From a virus (taxonomy: Duplodnaviria > Caudoviricetes): a stretch of DNA of 64,000 bases. The stretch's first letter is position 1, and the number at the start of each line of letters is the position of its first letter. Location of the stretch: IMG/VR virus record IMGVR_UViG_2671180612_000001, positions 47,561 through 111,560 of that record; one strand, given 5' to 3'. A program made the position numbers and the translations under genes. A model generated the notes under the pieces. It saw only the letters and a list, made by a program, of their open reading frames with translations, ran no database searches and was not told the origin of the DNA. This document shows positions 56,702 to 64,000 of the stretch, one piece after another.

Positions 56702-58063
56702 ATGTCAGCCGCAGCCGCAGCCCAGGTCGAACCCGAAGAAGACGAGACCGAAGGCGGACCCGCGTTCGAGTTTGACGACGCCTTCCAGCGCAAGGTGCTG
56801 GCGCTCCTGATGCGCGAGCCGAACTTCGCGTTGAAGGCCCGCGATCTCATCAAGCCCGGCTACTTCACCGAGGCCGCGAACTCGGTGCTCGCGCAGATCA
56901 GCCTCACCTACATCGAGCAGTATCGCGGCGCGCCCGGCGTCTCGCTCTTCCCGGCGCTCCTCAAGGATGCGATCGCCAAGAAGAAGATCCGCTCGGACAT
57001 GATCGACGAGGTCAAGGACGCCTTCCGCGCGATCCTCAAGACCGATCTCTCCGGCCCGGACTACGTGCTCGACAAGGTGATCGAGTTCGCCAAGCATCAG
57101 GCGATCCAGAACGCGATGGTCGATGCGATCGGCGCGCTCGGCAAGCACGACTTCTCCACGATCGAGAAGCTCCTCTCGAGCGCCTTCCGTGTCGGTGCGA
57201 TCGTCGACCGCGGCGAATACGACTTCTGGGAGGAGAGCGCCAACCGCACGCAGATCCGCGAGGACTTCAACGCCGGCAAGATCGTCGCCAACGGCATCAC
57301 GACCGGGCTTCCCTCGCTCGACGCCTACCTGCACCACAACGGATGGGGCCGCAAAGAGCTCTCCCTCATCATGGGCGCCGCGAAGGAAGGCAAGTCCGCC
57401 CTCCTGATCCAGTTCGGCATGGCCGCGTCGCTCGCCGGCTACAACGTCATCCACTTCACGCTCGAGAACTCCGCGCAGATCACGGCCGACCGTATCGACG
57501 CGAACGTCACCGAGACGGCGATCCGCAAGCTCAAGGACGATCCGCAGACCGTCCAGGCTAAGCTCGACAAGGCGCGCGCCAAGGCCGGGCACTTCAAGAT
57601 CCGCGAATACGCGACCGGCACGCTGCGCCCGTCGGAAATCCGGCGCGTCCTCGAGGACTACCGCCAGGACGGCATCATCTTCGACATGATCGTCGTCGAC
57701 TACGCCGACATCATGATGCCGGAGCGCTGGACCGACTCCAACGTCGACAACTCCAAATCGATCTACGTGGACCTGCGCTCGATCTCCTTCGACTACGACG
57801 CGGCCGTGCTCACCGCGACGCAGACCAACCGTGACGGCGCCAAGGCGCACACGGCCAAGGCCACCGACGTCGCCGAGGACTTCAACCGCATCCGCATCGC
57901 CGACATCGTGCTCGGGATCAACACGACGGAGCAGGAACGCATCGACGGCAAGGCGCGCCTGCACTTCGTCGCGGCCCGAAACTCCGAGGACGGCTTCTCG
58001 CTCGAGGTCAACCAGGAGCGCGACAAGATGAAATTCATCTCCAAGGTGATCGGGAGGGCCTGA
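56702..58063 (+). CDS. dnaB: DnaB-like replicative helicase
   Basis: GAAKEGKS, TLE, VVDYAD, ATQTNR. Confidence 0.88.
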   Translation: MSAAAAAQVEPEEDETEGGPAFEFDDAFQRKVLALLMREPNFALKARDLIKPGYFTEAANSVLAQISLTYIEQYRGAPGVSLFPALLKDAIAKKKIRSDMIDEVKDAFRAILKTDLSGPDYVLDKVIEFAKHQAIQNAMVDAIGALGKHDFSTIEKLLSSAFRVGAIVDRGEYDFWEESANRTQIREDFNAGKIVANGITTGLPSLDAYLHHNGWGRKELSLIMGAAKEGKSALLIQFGMAASLAGYNVIHFTLENSAQITADRIDANVTETAIRKLKDDPQTVQAKLDKARAKAGHFKIREYATGTLRPSEIRRVLEDYRQDGIIFDMIVVDYADIMMPERWTDSNVDNSKSIYVDLRSISFDYDAAVLTATQTNRDGAKAHTAKATDVAEDFNRIRIADIVLGINTTEQERIDGKARLHFVAARNSEDGFSLEVNQERDKMKFISKVIGRA

Positions 58064-59146
58064 ATGGACATCGCCGAGATCAAGAAGGAGCTGGAGCTCG
58101 ACTACTTCCTCGAGCGCGAGAGCATTCCGTTCAAGCGCTCGCGCGGGCGCTCCGGGATGCAGCTCAACGTCCAGCGCTGCCCGGCCTGCGACGACGATCG
58201 CTACCGGGTCTACCTCAACGAGGATACCGGGGTCGGCAACTGCTTCGTCTGCAACGAGCCCTTCAACAAGCTGACCTTCATCGCCCACGCTCTCGATCTC
58301 GGCGACAACTGGCGCGACATCATCGCGACCTGCAAGGAGATCCTGACCGAACAGGGCTGGCGCCCGCCGCGCACCGTCACGGCCGCGGTCGAGGTGCCCG
58401 TCAACGTCAAGCTGCCGCTCTCGCTCCAGCTCCCGACCAAGGACGATCAGAACCTCGCCTACCTCGAGAACCGCGGCATCAACGGCGACATCGCCGGCTA
58501 CTTCCACCTGCGCTACTGCCAGGCGGGCTGGTGGAATTTCACCAAGGAGGACGGCACCACCGGCGGGCAGGATTTCGGCGAGCGCGTCATCATCCCGGTC
58601 TTCGATCTCGACGGCGAGCTCGTGACGTTCCAGGGCCGCGACATCACCGGCACCAAGAACGAGCAGAAATACCTCTTCCCAAAGATGCTGCCGGGCACCG
58701 GGCGCTATCTCCTGAACGGTCAGAACGTCCAGCTCACCAGCCGCGTCGCGATGGGGGAGGGGGCTTTCGACATCATGGCGATGAAGATCGCCTTCGACGA
58801 GGCCGTCGACCTGCGCGACGTCGTGTCGGTCGCATCCTTCGGCAAGCACCTCTCCTACGGCGCGGTGGACGGCAACGACCAGCTCGGCTGCTTCCTCAAG
58901 CTGAAGGCTCGAGGCGTGCGCGAGGTGACAATCATGTGGGACGGCTCCACGGACGCCCTCAACTCCGGGCTCGACGCTGCGCGGCTTCTGGTCGGCATCG
59001 GCCTCAAGGTCCGGATCGCGCTTCTGCCCAAGGGCCGCGACCCGAACGAAGTCCCGGCCGACGTCGTGCGCGAGTGCTTCTACAAGGCCCAGGTCTACAC
59101 GCCGAGCCTCGACGTCCGGCTGCGACTGCGTTCGCCTTACGCCTGA
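58064..59146 (+). CDS. DNA primase (Zn finger + TOPRIM)
   Basis: CPAC..CFVC, YLENRGI, FQGR, EGAFD, WDG, DPNE. Confidence 0.88.
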   Translation: MDIAEIKKELELDYFLERESIPFKRSRGRSGMQLNVQRCPACDDDRYRVYLNEDTGVGNCFVCNEPFNKLTFIAHALDLGDNWRDIIATCKEILTEQGWRPPRTVTAAVEVPVNVKLPLSLQLPTKDDQNLAYLENRGINGDIAGYFHLRYCQAGWWNFTKEDGTTGGQDFGERVIIPVFDLDGELVTFQGRDITGTKNEQKYLFPKMLPGTGRYLLNGQNVQLTSRVAMGEGAFDIMAMKIAFDEAVDLRDVVSVASFGKHLSYGAVDGNDQLGCFLKLKARGVREVTIMWDGSTDALNSGLDAARLLVGIGLKVRIALLPKGRDPNEVPADVVRECFYKAQVYTPSLDVRLRLRSPYA

Positions 59147-59224
59147 TCTATCCAGTAAGCGCTTACTGAAAACCGATGTGCGCGCTGCTATAAAGAACTC
59201 ACACAACGAGACACGCGAGGACGC

Positions 59225-59746
59225 ATGAAACAGCTACGTTTCGAGCGGATCACTCTCGACCACAAGAGCGGGACGAAGGACTACCACGTCTATTCGATCT
59301 GCTGTGCCGAGACGAAACGCTCCATCCTGATCAAGCGCTGGGGCAAGGTCGGCGCCTTCGGGCAGATCGATGTCCAGACCTTCGACACCAACGAGGGTGC
59401 GGTCAACGAGTTCTGGAAGGTCGTGCGCTCCAAGACGACGCCCCGCAAGGGCTACGAGGAGGGCGCCAAGAAGGACGATCTCGGCGACGCCGACATGGTC
59501 AAGACCTTCCTCGGGATCGGCGTCTTCACGTCGATCGGCGCCGACGCGCTCGATCACCTCAAGGCCGGCATCGACACGACCGGGTGCAAGCGCGGCGCCA
59601 AGCCCGCGAACCGTGACGACGACGGCAACTGGATCGGCGACCCGCCGCCCAAGCTCGTCGAGGTCGACGAAGCTGCGATCGAGCGCGAGCGCATCAGCCG
59701 CGAGACGGCCGCGAACGCCGAAAACCCCAACTTCGGGATCTTCTGA
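59225..59746 (+). CDS. WGR-domain protein (ends NPNFGIF)
   Basis: K.Y...RWGKVG..GQ...K....KGY. Confidence 0.7.
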   Translation: MKQLRFERITLDHKSGTKDYHVYSICCAETKRSILIKRWGKVGAFGQIDVQTFDTNEGAVNEFWKVVRSKTTPRKGYEEGAKKDDLGDADMVKTFLGIGVFTSIGADALDHLKAGIDTTGCKRGAKPANRDDDGNWIGDPPPKLVEVDEAAIERERISRETAANAENPNFGIF

Positions 59747-59748
59747 CC

Positions 59749-60306
59749 ATGAAGCCGATCGACTCCTTCAAGACGCTTTCCGACCAGAACCAGTTCACGT
59801 TCACCTGTCCGATCTTCGACGCCACGACGCGCATGGTCTCCTGCATGAACCTGCGCGAGCTCGTCTGGTCCGGACGCCGCCCGGAGAAGCGCCAGGGGTG
59901 CCAGGCCGCGCTGTGCGCCGGCAAGTGCCCGATCAACAACATCATCAAGCGCCTGGGCGTCGGCGACTACGGCGATCCCTACGGCTCGTTCGAGCCCAAG
60001 CACGGATCGCTGCGCCGCGAGGATCTTCAGCGCATCCGGCCCGTCATCTGCGACGAGCGGGACATGAAGAAATACGAGGTCTCGGCGCGCGAGCGGGAGC
60101 TCATCGCCACGGCCAACGACCGCATCGACGCGGCCATGAAGTCGGCCCCGCGCACCAAGGGCGCGATCCACATCGAACACGACGAGATGCCCGCGCCTCG
60201 TCGCAAGCCTTCCGCGCCGAAGGCCGCAGCACCAGCCAAGGCTGGGCCGGTCGCCGGCAACGATCTCACCACCGCCATCAACAACGCAGTCAAGGAAGCC
60301 GCATAA
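59749..60306 (+). CDS. Cys-rich hypothetical protein
   Basis: ORF in operon. Confidence 0.7.
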   Translation: MKPIDSFKTLSDQNQFTFTCPIFDATTRMVSCMNLRELVWSGRRPEKRQGCQAALCAGKCPINNIIKRLGVGDYGDPYGSFEPKHGSLRREDLQRIRPVICDERDMKKYEVSARERELIATANDRIDAAMKSAPRTKGAIHIEHDEMPAPRRKPSAPKAAAPAKAGPVAGNDLTTAINNAVKEAA

Positions 60307-60845
60307 TGGGCCATATCGCACCCTCCCTCGAGTCGTTCCTCAGCCAGGCGCTCGGCCTCGATCCCGCCGAGGTCCAGATTCGCGAGGTCCATGTCCGTCC
60401 GGGCGAGGGCATCCAGGACGCCGTCGATCGTTCGATCGAGGAGTTCCGGATCGAGCAGAAGCACGACGCGCAGATTGCCGAGAACCAGATCCCGTCGACC
60501 CCTGCGGTCGATCCCGCGATCGAGGCGCAGCTCCGCGAGGACATGCTCGACGACCTCTACGAGCAGGCGTGCGCAGAGCGCACCGCGGAGCGTCAGCGTC
60601 TCAATCTGAACGAGCCGCCCGAGGAAGATTTCTCGCGCGCCGGCATCGCCCGCACCTGGCTCAAGCAGCGCGGCGCCATGCGCAAGATCGAGCGCTTCGA
60701 GCACCGCGCCAAGGTCGGTCTCGAGCGCGAGGCGAAGGCCAAGCGTGACCGTCTCGCCGCCTCGCTCGCCGAGTTCGCGCCCTTCCGCGGCGTGCCCGCG
60801 GCCGAGGTCGAGCGCATCGCCGACATCATCCTTTCGGTAAAGTAA
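60306..60845 (+). CDS. hypothetical protein
   Basis: TAATG coupling. Confidence 0.65.
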   Translation: MGHIAPSLESFLSQALGLDPAEVQIREVHVRPGEGIQDAVDRSIEEFRIEQKHDAQIAENQIPSTPAVDPAIEAQLREDMLDDLYEQACAERTAERQRLNLNEPPEEDFSRAGIARTWLKQRGAMRKIERFEHRAKVGLEREAKAKRDRLAASLAEFAPFRGVPAAEVERIADIILSVK

Positions 60846-60858
60846 GAGGTTACGGATC

Positions 60859-62232
60859 TTGTTCAGCAATCTCGAACAGGTGGTCGACGAGCTCGACCGC
60901 ATCGCTGCCGAAAGCGGCCGCAACGAAAAGGAGCGCCTCCTCAAGGCGGCGCTCCAGGACGAGCTCTTCCGCAAGGTCGTCGTCTACGCCTACGACCCGT
61001 TCATCACCTTCGGCATCACGCCGCCCGAGAGCGGTGACGTGCGCTTCGGCAAGGGCGATGGTGACATGCGCCGGGTCGAGCCGATGCTGCTCAACCTGTC
61101 GTCGCGCAAGCTCACCGGCTCGGAAGCGGCCACCGAGGTCGAGAAGGTGTTCGGCACGCTCTCCTATCGCGCTGGCGAGGCTCTCCGGCGCATCATGAAG
61201 AAGGATCTGCGCGCCGGCATCAACACGTCCACGATCAACAAGGCGCGCGAGGGCACGATCCCGGTTTTCGCGATCATGCGGGCGCACGTCTTCGAGGAGA
61301 AGCGGATCAAGAGCTGGCCGGTCGCGGTCGAGCCCAAGGTGGACGGCTTCCGCGGCGTCCACATGGCGAAGGGGCAGAAGCCGCAGTTCTACACCCGCTC
61401 GGGCCAGGAGATGACGTCGGCGAACGACCTCGCCGCGGAGATCTATGCCGCGCTCCCGAAGACGAGCTATGACCGTGACGCCATCGCGATCGACGGCGAG
61501 GTGAAGTCCGGATCATTCAACCAGACGAGCGGCGACCTGCGTCGCAAGTCGGTCCAGGCTGACGAGGCGATCTTCTACGTGTTCGACGTTTTCCCGTCGG
61601 CCGTGTTCGAGGGCGAGAAGCCCGCGAGCTATCAGGTGCGGCGCCAGAACGTCGAGAAGCTCGTCAAGGAACTCCATGCCGCAGGCGTCACGCGCGTCCA
61701 GCAGCTCCCGCGCTACTTCGCCAACTCGCACGAGGAGATTTACAACCTCTTCGACAAGTTCGTCGCCCAAGGCCACGAGGGCGCGATGGTGAAGATCCAG
61801 AGCGGCACCTACAAGCGCTCGAAGTCGCACGACTGGCTGAAGGTGAAGCCGAGCGACACGGAAGACCTGCCGATCGTCGGCTTCTTCAACGGCGAGCCCG
61901 GCACCAAGAACGCCGACGGCTTCGGTGGCTTCATCCTCGATCGCGACGGCGTCCATGTGCGCGTCGGCGGCGGGTTCTCGGACGAGCTGCGCAAGGAGCT
62001 CTTCGACGACTGGTGCGAGGACGCCAAGCGGCTCGGCATCGACCCGATGGTCGGCTTCAAGCCCGGCTTCACGGTCGATCCCTCGATCTCGACGGTCGGG
62101 TTCAAGCTGCTCGGCCGTCTCTCCGAGGTCGAGTTCCACGAGGTCACACCCGACGGCTCGCTGCGCCATCCGCGTCATCTGCGGTTCCGCGACGACAAGG
62201 CGGACGAGCAGAGCGTGCCGCTGGCCGCATAG
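60859..62232 (+). CDS. ATP-dependent DNA ligase
   Basis: EPKVDGFR, IDGE, VFD, EGAMVK, WLKVK, SLRHP. Confidence 0.92.
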   Translation: MFSNLEQVVDELDRIAAESGRNEKERLLKAALQDELFRKVVVYAYDPFITFGITPPESGDVRFGKGDGDMRRVEPMLLNLSSRKLTGSEAATEVEKVFGTLSYRAGEALRRIMKKDLRAGINTSTINKAREGTIPVFAIMRAHVFEEKRIKSWPVAVEPKVDGFRGVHMAKGQKPQFYTRSGQEMTSANDLAAEIYAALPKTSYDRDAIAIDGEVKSGSFNQTSGDLRRKSVQADEAIFYVFDVFPSAVFEGEKPASYQVRRQNVEKLVKELHAAGVTRVQQLPRYFANSHEEIYNLFDKFVAQGHEGAMVKIQSGTYKRSKSHDWLKVKPSDTEDLPIVGFFNGEPGTKNADGFGGFILDRDGVHVRVGGGFSDELRKELFDDWCEDAKRLGIDPMVGFKPGFTVDPSISTVGFKLLGRLSEVEFHEVTPDGSLRHPRHLRFRDDKADEQSVPLAA

Positions 62233-62258
62233 CTTTCCGGAAATCCAGAAATCCAGAC

Positions 62259-62286
62259 GGGCGGGCTCACGGGCTCGCCCGTTTTC
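62259..62286 (+). terminator. hairpin between convergent ligase and repC
   Basis: GGGCGGGCTC-acg-GGCTCGCCC-GTTTT. Confidence 0.5.
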
Positions 62287-63358
62287 GCGTGCGCAGCCGT
62301 TCGACCTCGAGCGGAAGCTTGATGCGTCCTTCGGCGATCATGCGGATATAGGCGCGCAGGTAGCCTCCAGGATTTCGAATGCGCCCGGCGCCCGATCGCT
62401 GGTCATCCTCCGCGGCCTGGACGACCAGGAACACCGCGACGGCCGTCCTCCACGGCCCGATCGCCGCGACACCCTCCGTCCAGACGCTCGCGTTCGCCCC
62501 AATCACCCCGCGCAGCTTCGCCGCGGCTGCGATCGCCTCACTCCGGTTGGTCACGGGCTCTATCAGGAAGGCGTTCGCGTCGGGCGCGGCCGTCAGGAGG
62601 TCCGAGACGGAAACGTCCGCACCAGGCTTCTCCTCGAAGCCCTTGTTACAAGAATGCTGGTTTCCATCGTTGTTTGTCTCAATGAGGCGGCAAGGATTGC
62701 CGGCATTGCCCGTCTCATAGAAGGCACGAAGGACGTCTTCCTTGAGGGTCATCCACAGGTCGCGCACGTCGGCAGGCACCAGCCCACGCTTCGGAGTGAC
62801 CGCTTCGGCGTCTCGAAATCTGGAAATCGCGAAATCTAGGCGACGAGGATCGCTCTCCAGCGCTTCCAGCACTGTCCGGCGTGCGATTGTGACCTCCTCA
62901 CGCAAACGCTTGTCAGCGGCCTTCTGTGCGCGTTTGCGCTCGATCAGGAGCTTGAAGTCCTCGAGCCGTTGCACGAGCGGGGCGAGATCGAAGCCAAAGG
63001 CATCGATGATCTGGCCCGAGCTCGAGCGGATCGCGAAGCGCTTCCCGTTGGCCGAGTCCTTCGAGGCGATGAGCTTGGCCTGGATGAGGTCGCGCAGCGC
63101 ATAGCGGATCGAGCGCTCGGACAGACCCGTCCGCTCGCCGAGCACCTCGTTGGACGGCCAAACCAGCGCGCGGCCGGCGATGACCTCTCGAAAGAACCCG
63201 CAGAGCTGCTGGAGCACGGCGCGAGCGGCCGGTCGCAGGTCCAGGGCGAACGACGCATCCCGCGCCGCTCGATAGATCTCCTCCTTGGTGATCGCCAGGT
63301 TGAACGCGATCATCTCGGGCGCTGGCGCGAGGGCGCGCCATCCCGTTCTCTGTCCCAT
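62267..63358 (-). CDS. repC: RepC replication initiator (repABC-type, without adjacent repAB)
   Basis: TGWR N-terminus, VWPSN, KDSANGKRF, AFGFDLAPL, IRNPGGYLR. Confidence 0.9.
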   Translation of the reverse strand: MGQRTGWRALAPAPEMIAFNLAITKEEIYRAARDASFALDLRPAARAVLQQLCGFFREVIAGRALVWPSNEVLGERTGLSERSIRYALRDLIQAKLIASKDSANGKRFAIRSSSGQIIDAFGFDLAPLVQRLEDFKLLIERKRAQKAADKRLREEVTIARRTVLEALESDPRRLDFAISRFRDAEAVTPKRGLVPADVRDLWMTLKEDVLRAFYETGNAGNPCRLIETNNDGNQHSCNKGFEEKPGADVSVSDLLTAAPDANAFLIEPVTNRSEAIAAAAKLRGVIGANASVWTEGVAAIGPWRTAVAVFLVVQAAEDDQRSGAGRIRNPGGYLRAYIRMIAEGRIKLPLEVERLRTRKRASP

Positions 63359-63444
63359 CGGATCCTTTCCGTGGGCGCAAAGGCTCTCAATCGCGCCTAG
63401 GAGGCGCGTTGACACGTCTGATTCGCCATGTCAGAAGAGATCAA

Positions 63445-63510
63445 CCGGCCGCGAAACTGGTGATTCTTCCTGAAAGGCCCTTGGAGTTTCCAGCTCCGGG
63501 GCCTTTTGCC
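63445..63510 (+). ncRNA. putative counter-transcribed antisense RNA (ctRNA) controlling repC; ends approximate
   Basis: TTGACA at 63409-63414 antisense to the repC leader; hairpin AAAGGCCCTTGGAG...CTCCGGGGCCTTTT at 63473-63507. Confidence 0.6.
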
Positions 63511-64000
63511 TTTGGGCCTACATTTCTTCGCTCTCGTTTACGGTTGATTCTGATTCTGGTGCGAAGCGCGCACCAAATCGCACCCCGCACGATTCCAGTT
63601 TCAGAGTCAAAGATTCGGGGCTTGCCGGGGGAGAGAATCAGTGCCATGTTGCAGACATCCACCAAAAATCAGCGCTGGGCCGCCCCTTCAACCAGGGGAA
63701 ACCGGATTTGTGGCATAATTCGTATTATGGAACATAAGTCGAGGCTTACGCCTGCCGAGCGCTGGAGGTGAAATCCCAGGCCCGGCTTAGCATTGCGCCC
63801 ATCATAGATTCGCCAACCTGCTTGTCCAGCGGTGTCATCCAGACTGACGCACAGGCTCATAAACCTGTCGCCAACCTGTCATGGACGCAAAAATGTCAAG
63901 GAAACTGGCGAAAAACCTCGTTCACAGCCCCTATACACCTTGTTGACCCGCTTGACTGCGACGCCAATTCGTCGTCAGTAAGCGCTTATCGAATTCCGAT

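Larger units (their letters stand above)
1..64000. mobile_element. Partial phage-plasmid (siphovirus morphogenesis genes plus RepC replicon, ParA partition and TA addiction module)
   Basis: Terminase, portal, capsid, lambda-like tail and lysis genes co-occur with repC, parA and doc; no host housekeeping genes and no integrase seen in the window. Confidence 0.88.

Noticed and set aside
66-63990. AGTAA boxes or the IR elements as CRISPR repeats
   Set aside because: Dispersed singly at gene boundaries, no repeat-spacer periodicity, no cas genes.
1-64000. tRNA, rRNA, integrase or IS elements
   Set aside because: None recognised by eye; tRNAscan-SE and Infernal were not run.

Overview
About 64 kb of a large, GC-rich siphovirus-type phage-plasmid, probably from an alphaproteobacterial host (inferred from a RepC initiator with a ctRNA, clustered GANTC sites and GAAC-N7-GAAC boxes). 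Layout: small hypothetical genes (0.1-5.8 kb); an SOS-box-preceded Zn-ribbon gene and a Doc-type toxin-antitoxin pair; a reverse-strand SGNH esterase module; an unusual, largely non-coding 11.4-16.5 kb region; SieB-like, ParA/ParG-like, dNMP kinase and SF2 helicase genes; a ParB-ParB-ABC ATPase-HAD-GNAT cluster; a complete head, tail and lysis module (26.9-54.8 kb); then PhoH, DnaB, primase, a WGR protein, ATP-dependent ligase and repC. The standout signal is 15431-16227, about 800 bp holding the upstream region, a 198-aa gene and a terminator-like hairpin with no CC or GG dinucleotide. Its Gly/Pro/Trp-free protein is a distant paralog of the gene at 12681-13550, and nearby intergenic DNA carries dense, partly 10-bp-phased CCNNGG, CCWGG and GGGG arrays. 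Also seen: 21 copies of a palindromic AGTAA-N4-TTACT box, three copies of an AT-cored inverted repeat (two bracketing the virion module), dispersed 8-bp centromere-like arrays, and a shared C-terminal [FY][GA][MI]F tail on four unrelated proteins. All product calls are by-eye motif recognition and gene context; no searches were run.
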